A model generated the notes under the pieces. The model saw only the letters and a list, made by a program, of their open reading frames with translations, had not been told where the DNA came from and did no database searches. Below are positions 14,401-26,400 of a DNA stretch of 64,000 nt, piece after piece. The stretch comes from Callorhinchus milii (Eukaryota), in contig NW_024704742.1 of NCBI RefSeq assembly GCF_018977255.1, positions 70,000,001-70,064,000 on the forward strand, given 5' to 3'. The number at the start of each line of letters is the position of its first letter. The first letter of the stretch is position 1. The position numbers were made by a program, and so were the translations under genes.

Positions 14401-17400
14401 CGGTTTTACGCCTTATCTGAAGGACGGCCTCTGTGTGCTCTGACACTACAGCATAATGCCCTCTCACCTCCAGCATTTGCTTAAGACTATTAGAAAAAGA
14501 GAAGGAAGTTTCTCTCTCCCATTGGCCAGGCTAACAAATCCCCCAGATGAAAAACCGGTCACTCAATTAATGGGTATTTGCGGGATGTGGCTGTGTGCAA
14601 ATTAACTGCCAGTTTCACCCACAAATACAATTACTCTCCAATAAAATCCCACAAAGTGCTTTGAGAGATCATCCTGAAGTGATAAGGCAATGTGCCAAAT
14701 GCAAGAATTTGCTTTTCAAAATCTGCTTTAAAAAAAAACTACGCTTTTCGACTATGCCTACTGGCAATTCTTTTCCCCCCCGTCACCCCCTCACCCGTGT
14801 TAAGTGCTCCCAAGACGTCACTCTGTGTGAAGGGTTCTGTGTGAACACAAGGTGTTGCTCTGAATTATTTCTGTGTTGGGACGGTCGAGATTTTAAGTCG
14901 TTTGGAATGACAGAGCTTCTCAGGTGAAATCCTGTCTTGGGAGCATTACTATTTTACTAGGGGTAAACTAGTTACACAGTAATGCTGTCAAGCATTTAGA
15001 AGCTATAATAGCTTAGCAACAGAGTGACGTAGTAACGCTTTTTATTTAGACCATTGGTCTACCTCGCCGCCTCCCCAAGTAGCTCTTGCTGTCCTAGCAC
15101 TTTGCTCCACATGCTTTTTGCTGTTTGTTTCAATGAAAAAAAATCTCCCTCATTTCCTCCTCCTCCTATTTCTATTAGTGAGCGTGTAAACGCTGAGCAG
15201 GGTGCCCGACAAGGTACAGTGGAGCTCAGTTGTAATGGTTGGGAACCCAACCCAGCTCTCTCCTAAAACAAAACTTCTGGGTCACCCGGTCACTGCCGCT
15301 GTCCTTTCCTGTACTTGTATAAGGCATGCATTTTATTGCAATGAATGGTGTCCATGTGGAGTCCCCTGGGTTAGTGGTTAGCGCTCTTGCCTCGCAAATG
15401 AGAGGACCCAGGTTCGATTTTTGGGCAGGACGAAGCCTTAGACAAGTTTCCTTACACCACATGCCTCGGTTTAGGTCAGAACTCGGTTGTTAGTCGATTG
15501 GTGGATTGCTTTCCGGGGGTAATAATCCCTCAGAAAAAAATGTGGTCATTCAATCCACGACTGTTTGTGCGATGTAGCTGTGTGCAATTGGCTGCCGCAT
15601 TTTGCTCACAAAATATAATAGTAACAACAAGATTACATTTGTATAGCGCCTTTTACGTCGGGAGGACGTCCCAAGGCGCTGGACAGAGTACAGCATTTCA
15701 GACCCAAATTATTATATATAATAATAATCCTTGCACTTGAAATAGCTCTTTATCACATGATTCAGACGTCTCAAAAGTGTGGAGTAAGGAAACTTGCCTC
15801 AGATCTCACCCTGCCTGGGAATCAAACCCGGGTCCTCTTGTTTCCGAGGTGATTGCTTTATCAACTACGCTATATGACTCCCAAGAAAATACACAGTGAA
15901 TTCACTTTACATTGTATCCTGTGAAGCACTCTGAGAGGTCTAAACGACATAATAAGGCGCTACATTATTATTATATTATTATGGTGCAGCCGCATTATAA
16001 CCAAATTTGCTCTGCAAAGAAGAGCATGATAATGGGGCCCCACTGTGGAAAGTCGGTACATGTATATGGCACACTGAAATGCTAGGTAAACAGAGGTGTG
16101 CGGAGTAAGGAGAATTGAATTGAACCCTGGTCCTCTCGCTTGTGATGTGAGCATGCACTACACTGCAGGACTCTGCATGGATGTGACACTCCATTTGAAC
16201 TGCAGTGGCATTTTAACATCGCTTTCATATCTCTTCACTTCCAGGAGAAAACAACTCAGGATCTGTGCTTATACACACATCAAGAAAGGTAAGCGGCACA
16301 TTGTAACTTTATTGTTTACCCCCACCCTCATCCCTTAAAACCCTTATTTCCCCTGTGTGCGTGCGCGCTCACTCACTCAATCAATCGAGCATGTTAACTG
16401 CTGTGCTCGATTCAAAAGGTGGTGGGTTTAAGCCCCACCTCGGAAACTTTGAGTTCACAGTCTGGACTGACGCTACAGTTCGGTGCTGGAGGATCTCCAC
16501 ATTATCTGAGGTGCTGTCCTTCGGATGAGACGTTGAACCCAGATCCCGTCTGTGCTTGTTCAGGTGGACTTCGTGGACTTCCTCCCAAGATTCCGCAGCG
16601 CCATTGGGAAAAAAATAAGGAAATTTATCTCTCCCGGTGTTCTGGCATTCACCTACAAAACAATCACTCCACTTTACAGTAAATCTCGTGAAGTACTTTG
16701 AGACACCCTCCTGGTGTGAAAGGTGCTATGACAAATGCGAGGATTATTATTACATTTTATTTCATTAACATTATTTTTTCTGTGTTTATTGAATTAGCAT
16801 AACTTTATTATCTTATTATTATGTTACTTCAGTTTAAATCACTCCGTAGAGGGGTCTCAATGATGTTAGAAGGCACTATATCAGATGTTGCAGCGATGAT
16901 GATAGGAATTATGTTAGTTTCTCCCATTTTACAGCATATTCTGTGAAGCTCTTTGAGACGTCTTGAACACGATAGGGCTCTGTATCAAAGATGCATTGCC
17001 ACGTACTTATATTATTATATTTCCACATAGTTATCTTTATTATTATTATTAACCCTCTCTGCTCTGTTTGCCTGCTCACCTCTTCCCGTCCCCCCATTGT
17101 CCCACTCTTTCCCTGCAACCGGCTCTAACTCTCCCCCTTCCACACCAACCCCCACCTCTCTCTCTCATCCCTCCCCTCCCCCCACAGTACCTGAAGCTGA
17201 AGAACTTTGGGGAGGAAGTGCGAGCTCACCTGGACCTGGATGGATTCCTGATGGGGACGGGGGTGATGTTGGACACGGCAGCCCCCTCCCTGGACCAGGT
17301 CCTGAGTGAGATGCTCACCCAGACCACCACTGAGAGCTCGAAGCCTGGCTCCGACTGTGACCAGCTCCTGGCAGCTCTCTTCACCGACTCAGAGGCCGTG

Positions 17401-20400
17401 CAGGACGGCAATGGTATGGGCTCTGGCGGGGTGGGGGGTGGGGAAGGCAGGGGAGTGGGAGGAACCTAATTGTTAGTCGATTAGCAAATTGCTTTCCAAG
17501 AGTAATAATCCCTCCAAAACAAGCAAACAAACAAAAAATGTGAACACACAATCTACGACTGTTTGTGGGACACTGCTGTGCATAATTGGCTGCCATGTTT
17601 CACCCACAAAATACACGGTCAATCCACTTTACAGTATATCCTGTGAAGCGCTTTAAGACGTCTCAACAACATGATGAGGCCCTATGTCAAGTGCAAGGAT
17701 TATTATTATTATTTGTTTCTTTGGGAGTTTTGGGGGGTTTTGTTCCTGATGCAGAAACCTATCGTGCTTAAGAGAATCGAATGCCTTAGCATGTCCTTCC
17801 AGCATGAGAGACGCTTCATAATTGTTAACAGATTGAGAGTTCCACATGTGTATGCCAGTGACACATGGATATTTCGCTCTTTCTGGAATGGATGTGCTCT
17901 CTCTCTCTCACGCGCAATCTCTTCCTGGTAGGGATGCACCTTGCTTATCTAATCCCAGAGAATCGTAGGCACAGGTTGGCAAGAGCCAAAGCTTTGGGAT
18001 TCCAGAGTGTGTGTTGGGGTAACTCCTGGAGTCTAAAACCGCAGAGCTTGCCAATGATACTGCTGTCTGGCAAGCTTTCCCGCCACTTGTCCAGCTAGGA
18101 CCACCCTATCCATTACGGCTTTGGCTTGCAGTGTTTTCAGGAGCTGAGTGCGATGACTCCCAGCCCCCAGTGACTGGTTTGCCCTTCCAAGTACTGCTGA
18201 TGAGCCAGACTGTGCTGTGATGTTATCAGCAGTGGCCTGGAATACTGCCTGGCTCAGGATCTGGACTAGAGACTGCTACAGAGAGCTGGCTCAATTCCGG
18301 CACTCCATTGCCAGGCATGCCACCTTCGAGCCAATTCAGGAGGATTAACAGGAGCTGAGTGGGGAGAATTCCAACAACTTGCATTTATGCAGCACCTTTC
18401 ATGTCGGGCGGCATCTTGGAATGCTGAACTGGCGTCCTGCTTGTCCCTCGTCCCCTCCACTCCACCATCAGTGGCTGTGCTTTGGAACTCTCTCCCACAA
18501 TCCCTCCACCTTGCCCCCTCATTCCCCTATTTCAGATCATGACTGAAGGCCATCCTCTTCGATCGTGCTTATGGTCACCTTCCCCCGGCTCGGCATCAGG
18601 TTCCATCACCGTTCAGCGCTCCAAGATGCTATCATGTGTGAACAGCGCTATGTTATTGTTGTTAACCAATAATACAAGTGTGTTGTGTTGTCCCAGTGCA
18701 CCTTCTGTCAGACACTATTCAAGGAGTCTCCGCTACACCTACAGGCATCCAGTACCAGCAGTCCTGGATCTGCCTTACGTGAGTTTCAATGTCTCTTTCC
18801 ATAAGTTGGGAGTCCTGGAGTCCTGTAGCATATTGGTTAGAGCATTCGCCTCCAAGCGAGAGGACCTGGGTTCAATTCCCAGGCAGGAAGAAACATTAGA
18901 CACATTTCCTTACTCCACACACCTAGCAGTAAGTAGAAACATGTTTGTTAGTTGATTTGCAGATCGCTTTCCCTCAAAAAATATATAACAATTTGGTCGC
19001 TCAAACCCCGACTGTTTGTGGGACACTGATGTGCTGCATTTTGCCCACAAAACACATAGTCAATTCACTTTACAGTATATTCTGTGAAGTGCTTTGAGAT
19101 GTCGAAGATGTGATAAGGCACTATATCAAATGCAAGGATTATTATTATTATTTTGGTGCTTCAACATAGTGTTGCATTGTCGGAGATGCCGTTCTTTGTA
19201 AATATGTAATATCTCTGGCCACCGTGTTCACACTGAATTTAACAGCGTATTTTTTTGAGCACTCACTTACCATGTACAGCTTGCACTTATACAGCACCTC
19301 TCAACTAAGATGAACGTCTCAAAGCTCTTAAGAGATTTGATAGTGGTTCACTTGGTGGCTGTTTGAAGGATGTTGGTGTGAGCAGATTGGCTTCTGCATT
19401 CTCCCACAAAACGCATAGTCACTCCACTTTACAGTATATCCTGTGAAGCGCTTTAGGATGTCATCCTGACGTGAAAGGCGCTGAACCAAATGTAAGGGTT
19501 ATTATGATTATTAAATCAAAGTACCCTCCAGACTTGACTATGCTAATTCCCTGTTCGCCAGACTTCCTGACTCTTCCCTCCACAATTCAGAACTAAGCTC
19601 CGTGAGCTGATCACCCCCATGCTTGCCCAGCTCCACTGGCTCCCCGTCCCCCAGAGGATCGAGTTCAAGATCCTCGGCATCATTTTCAAAGCACCTTACT
19701 GCCTCTGCGACCTGCTAAAATTTTACCAACATGTTCACTCTCTCCACTCGGCGGGCACTACCCTGCTCCATACTTCAGCCTTTCTACCCCATCCTCTGGA
19801 ACTCCATCCCAGAGCCACTCCGCCTGATTCCCTCCCTTGCCTCCTTCAAGGTTTGTCTCAGAACCAGTCTGTTAGTCTGTGCCTTTGTCATCCTCCCACT
19901 CCCAACCCCACCCCCTTGCCCTTGACTCGGGTGCAAACTCTTGACTGTCCAGTGCCTTGGGACGTCCTCCCGATGTGAAAAGCGCTATATACATACAATT
20001 TGTTGTTGTTGTCTGTGCCTGTTCAGGTGGATGTTAAAGATCCCACAGTGCTATTTGAAAAGACAACAAAATTTCTCCTGGTGTTCTGCACAATTATCCC
20101 CAGATAAAATTGGTCAACAACGACAACAATATTATGTTTGTATAGCACCTTTCACAAAGTCATTCAATGGCTGTTTGTGGGACATTGCTGTGTGCAAATT
20201 GGCTGCTGTGTTTGCCTACAAAATACACAGTTACTACACTCGACGTGAAAAGTGCTATATCAAACGTAAGGATTATTTTCTGTTCTAGAGGGAAAGAGCC
20301 CCAGTTTCCCAATCTCCCCATAAATAAATCAAATTAAATTTGTCCTCATAAGTATAACCTTGTTCTCTGCAGTGGTCTACAAAGACAAACTCCATCCATG

Positions 20401-23400
20401 TGACAATTGTAACCGCAGATCTCATTTTTCACCCCCTCCCATTTATGCCACATTGGTTGTTTAACCAGCACTGTGAGGTTGGGTGCTGGGCATTGTATAA
20501 ACGTAAGCCACTGTCCAGCCTGACACTCTAGTTCAGTGCTGGGGGGAGTTACATTATTTTTAAGATTTATTATACTCGGTGGTGGAGCTGAAATCCTAGT
20601 CTACAATTTTACGGCAACAATAACTTGCATTTATATAGCGCTTTTCATGTCAGGGGAATGTCCCAAGGTGTTGGACAGTCAAGGGATTGCACCTGAGCTG
20701 CGGGCTGGAGTTGAGGGGGGAGGGGTCGGGAGAGGGAAGATGACCAAAGGTGTGGTCGAACAGGAAGGTCTTGAGATGGTCCTTGAAGGAGGCATGGGAA
20801 GAGGCAAGGTGGAGGGGCTCCAGGATTGAGTTCCAGAGGGTGGGGGCAGAAAGGATAAAAGCCTGACTGCCAATGCTGGAGCGAGTAGAGCAAGGGACGT
20901 GGAGCAGGCCAGGATTTGGAGGGATTTGAAGTTGGACATGAGGATCTTGAATTCGATCGATCCATTGGAGATGATGATCATAACCCGGGTGAGAGGGGAG
21001 AGGTTCTCCTTGTTAAGGATCTTTTAACCTCAACATTAACTTGACACTTGGGGAGAATGGTCTTCCATTCAGATCAACCAACCTGGAGCCTCATTCCTTT
21101 TCATTCACCCAAGGTCACGCTAACTAGGTGACTATCCAAACCAAACCTCCCCTAGCTCTTTGATTCGCATATGGAGGCACTTACTTAGTAAATGTATTTT
21201 TTTTACATTTACAGAGATTTTTGGGAACAATGTAGGCATTGAGCACAAAGAGACATCTGTTTGGCATATTCTCTTTCTTTTTCTCACACACACACATACA
21301 TATATACACACACACATACAATTTCTTCTCTCTGTTTCTAGACAACCCAAATCCTCACTTAATGTGGGTTTTTTTTCCCCCTCCCTTTTTTTTGTCAAAA
21401 GTATTTTGTTGATTTGTTTTCCCACAAGGAGAAATTGATGATAATAAAGGCATCCTTGCATTTGATAGAGCGCCTTATCCCGTGGTTGAAATATCTCAAA
21501 GACAAACAACCTTCCGTTTTTGAATAACGTCACAGGATCTTTAACTTCTGCTTGGTTTAACATCTCATCTGTAGGACGGCGCATCCGACAATGCAAACCC
21601 CCAAACCCCCGCCCCCCCCAGCACTGCACTGGAGCCTCAGCCTGGACTGCTCAAAATCCCCACGTGGGGCTTTGTGGGAAGCACTCTAACCTCTGTGTCA
21701 GCAGGTTGTGGGTTCAAGCCACACGTTGGGGACTTTGAGCTCACAGTGACATGAAAAGGCACTGTATCAAATTGTTATTTATCGACACCTTCTTTTAAAA
21801 TAGATCTACAGTGGCAACGATTCGGAGAAGTCGCGTGTGTATAAGCCGCTTAGAAAGGCCTCAGAACTGGGGTGAGAACTGCTGTGAAGTGCGGTTTGTG
21901 ATATTGATCCTAACTCCAGCCAAAACGGTAATTTTCATGGCTGAAGGTGTTACTGCTCTGAACGTCGCTCTCTCCTTCTCTCACTCTCCCTCTCCCTCTC
22001 ACTCTCTCCCTTTCCACCTCTTTGCTTCCCCCCCCCACACACAGCTCAGAGATGGGGAAACCCACGTGAGAGCGTGAGAAATCGGGTGGGTTTGCAAAAT
22101 TGTCTTTAGGTCGAGGGTGTTGGGAATGTGGTACTCTGTGTGGTTAAGGCAGCGTCCTTCAATTAATTTCAAAGGGGAATAAATGCTTGAAACAAGGTGG
22201 GGAGGGGGTATTATGAATGGGTGCAGCGAGGGTTGGGGAGGAGGGAGGTGACCAGAAATTGGAATTAGACTGGGTGGCTCAGAAAGTCAATAACCTCACT
22301 GGTTTTCTCGAATTTCCTTTTGTCTTTTTTCTGCGCTGTAGCGTTATCACAATGGAGAGACGGTTAGACAAACCGGGGGCTCTTCAGTATCGAGGCAAGG
22401 TGTCACAGAGAGGTGTACAATTCCCATTGAGAAAGTTAAACCCAGAACAATGCATTTGAATGCACCCGTAGAGCAGAACAAGAGCACGCAGGTTTAGAGT
22501 TGCGAAGGGGGCAATTTCAGGACAGACACAACAGCTTGCATTTATATAGCGCCCTTCATGCAGTGTAGTCCCAGAGCGCTTAACCAGGAAGTGTTTCCAT
22601 AAAAGGTATTTAACAAGTGAAACAGCTGCCAGGAAAGGTGGTTGAGGCCAGGACACTGGGACACATTTAAGAAATGGCTTGATGCTGTGATGGGAGTGGG
22701 GAGGGAACAGGAGGTAGGGTGGATGTATTGGAAGGGTGAGATCAGAGGAGCGAGGGAGGGGTTGGGGTCATTGACTCTTCCTGGCTTTGTTGTTCACACA
22801 TTTCTTTCTTCATCCCTCGTCCCCCCTCCCCCACTACGACCACCACCGCCGCAAGTGCAGAAGACGACAAAAACTTCGAGCGAGGTTGGGAGAACCTTCG
22901 CCACCATGTTTTCTGACATCAACTTCCGTCAAAAGCTTCTGGAAGCGAAGACGGAAGAGGAGTTTAAAGAGGCCCTGCTCCTGCAGAGACACCTGCTCAC
23001 AGTCATCCACACGGAACCGGGCATCAAAGAAAAGAAGAGTCTCAAAGAGGAGGAGGAGAAAACTCCACAGGTAACAGAGCAGCGTCCTTTACTCCGGCGC
23101 TGGATTCAGTCCATGCCTAGTACAGGAACTCCAACCGGTCATTCGTCACTAAGTGGCGAGGTCACATATGATCAAAAAAAACAAGAGGCAGGAGCAATAG
23201 AACTGTGTCGTTATTCAATCAAATTGAAAACGTCCTGCGGAGTAGTGGTTAGTTTGCTCGCCTCGAAAATCCACTTTATAATATAAAGTGAAGCACTTTG
23301 AGACGTCTCAATGACGTGAAACAATGCTATATCAAATACAAGGACTATAATTATTATTGTTATAAACAAAGCCAGGTGCACAAAGTATTTCATGCATCTG

Positions 23401-26400
23401 GAAATAAAAAAAGATATAGACTTTAATGTTAAACTGCCGAAAGTATTGCTCTTGCGTGTTGTTTTTATTGAGCTAGCCAGCTAGAGACGATCGACCGATT
23501 GGAGACTCCTGGTCTAGAAGCCATCAGCTTGGCTCAGTTGGTCATGTTTTCACCCCTGAGTCAGAATGTTGTGGGTCCAAACCCCCACATCAGGACTTTG
23601 AATTCTCATCATCTAGGCTGACGCTGCAATACAGTGTTGTGTGAGAGGGGGTGTGGGCTGCATTGTCGAAGATGCTGACCTTCAGATGAGACGTGAAACC
23701 AAGGTCCCATCTGCCTGTTCAGGTGGATGTTAAACTGTTATGTTCCTACAGCAGCAAAGTCCCACAAACAGCCATGAAGTGAGCAAGCAATTTTATCCGG
23801 GGGATTTTCAGCCAGGATACCCGGAGACAGAAACTCCTTCCTTTTTTCAAATACGTAGCTCTGTTGGATATTTAACATCCACCTGAACAGGCAGATAGGA
23901 TCTTGGTTTAACGTGTGATATAAAAGACGGCACCTCCGACAATACAGCATTTTTCTCCCTCACCCCCCAGCACAACATTGTAGTATCAGCTGGACTGTAT
24001 GAGCTCAAAGCCCTGACGTGGGGTTTGAACCCACAAACTTCTGACTCTGAGGCGAGAACACTACCCAGTGGCCTTAGTTTGCGTGTTGGCTTAAAATGTT
24101 CCTCTTGCTTCTCCCTCTATCTGATCTGTGGACTCCAACCTCCACCCCGCAACCCACCACCGAGAACCCAGCTGCCCCTGCAGATCTGGGTGGTACTGTT
24201 TCCCATTCCCTTAACTCCAGGTTAAAGACAAGTCAAAGTGCTTTGCGCATCAGCAGTTAATATCAACTCATCAAAACTTCACCAAGTAAGCAATAACTTA
24301 CCAATTGCATTGCTGGCATATGGTTGAACTGCAAAAATGCTGCTGACTGCCAGTGAGGATATTTCTTTTGCACCTTCAGTCATGCTGACTGTCATTTTCA
24401 TACCAAATATTTGACTTTGACAGGTGCCCTCAGGCTGCTTCCCATGGTCCTAGCCTTAAGCCCTGTTTAGGTGGGGAGGGGTGGAGATTGTGAAATGGGA
24501 GGCAATGATAGGTGGGGAGTTTGACTGGAGCTGCGTAACTTTTGCACTGTAAGGCAGGTGTGCTAAGGCAGGGGGCAGGAAGCCCAGAGAGTGCTTGAAA
24601 CCCCACTTATCCCCCCCCCCGCCCACTCCCCCGGTAGATAATCATGAGTTGGCCCTTAATATTGAAGTTCCCCCCTGCCCCCATGGTGAAAACATTCACT
24701 ATTAATTTGGAAGCCAATCCAGCCTCCACATTAAGACTTGAATCTAAAGGTTTCCACAGTTTTGTGGGGAGGAATGGAGGGAGCAGTTTCCGATGGCAAT
24801 ATTAAATGAAGGATTCTGGACTAAAAATTGTCAATTTTCACCTTATTTTTGTGATTAAACTACTGGAATTCTTTGGAATAATTAAAGGTGAAATGGTTTA
24901 TATGACCTTGTTAAATGATTCATATGACCTCGTAAAGTTTACATGGTCATCTGGACCTGGAAGGGAAATTAGCCTCCAAAAGACTTGGATTAAACGTCTG
25001 TTGTGTGGAAGAATTTTATGTTCTGGTTTTTATTCAAGAGAAAAATATCTTTTTTTTCTCCTCTCTTTTTCTCTCTCTGCCAATATTGTGTGCCAGCTTG
25101 GCTCAGGCAGTTGCACAGAAACATAAGAATAGGAGGAAGCCATTCAGTCCCTCAAGCCTATTCCTCCATTCTATTAGATCATGGCTGATCTATACCTGAA
25201 CTCCATTTATCTGCCTTTGCTCCATATCCCTTTATGCACTGACCTAACAAAAATCTATTCACCTCAGTTTTGAAAATGTGAATGGATCCAGCACCCACAG
25301 CCTTTTGGAGAAAGTAGCAGTCTTCTCTCGAGTTAGGTTGGGGGTTCAAGCTCCTATATCAGAACTTTTCATGCAAAACACTTTAAACTAAATCCTGTGA
25401 ATCGCTTTCATATGTCTTCCTGATGTGAAAGGCACTGTATCAAATATAAGTTTTTTTGAAAAATATATCTACGTGCATTTATTTATATCATATCGAAACG
25501 TCTTGAAGGGTTTCACAGGATACGAGTTCATGATATATTTGAGCTCACAGTCGAGGCCGCTCGACAGAAATTTACGGCCAGAGGAAGGCTGTTCGGTCCA
25601 TCATTTCAGTGCCGGCTCTTTTAAGAGCAATCCTTTCACTTCCATTTACAACACTCCTCGGAGGTGCTGTCCTTTGGATGAGATATTAAACCTAGACATT
25701 GAACCAACTGTGCCTGTTCAGGTTGTGTCCTGTAGCGGAGTGGTTAGAGTACTCGCCTCGCAAATGAGAGGACCTGGATTTGATTCCTGGCAGGGTGAAA
25801 TGTTGGGCGAGTTTCCTTATTCCACAGGCCTCTGTTTACCCAGCAGTAAGTAAGTTTCGCCCACAAAATATACAGTCAATTCACTTTACAGCATATTGTG
25901 TGAAGCGTTTTGAGACGTCTCAACAATGTGATAAGGCGCTATATCAAGTGCAAAGATTATTATTACATGAAAGATCCAGCAGCACTGCTTGAAAATCCCT
26001 GAGAAGCAGAGTTTTTCCTGGTTTCCTGGCCACTGATTTCTCCCCTTAATAAAAAGGCTCATTCACTTCACACTCAGGATGAGCTTACAGACAAGTTGAC
26101 ATCTCCGGCAGTCGATAAGGTTTTTTTATTTTAACTCGTCTCCGGTTGCGGTGGTTGTTCTGTTGTTAGCAACTGAGTTGCAGTCTTTATTCGGTGGACT
26201 CTGGCCTGCTCCATGTGTCCTGTCCTGCCCGCTCCATCATCGGTGGTCAGGCCTTCAACCTCTCTGCCCCACTCTCCGCCTCGACCCCTCCCTTTCCTCC
26301 TTCAATGCCCCTCTCAAAACCTTCGGTCACCCTCCTACCCCCAGCCTCCCTGCCATCCACACCTCCTGATGCCAACTCCTAGTTCGGGTGCGAATCCTGC

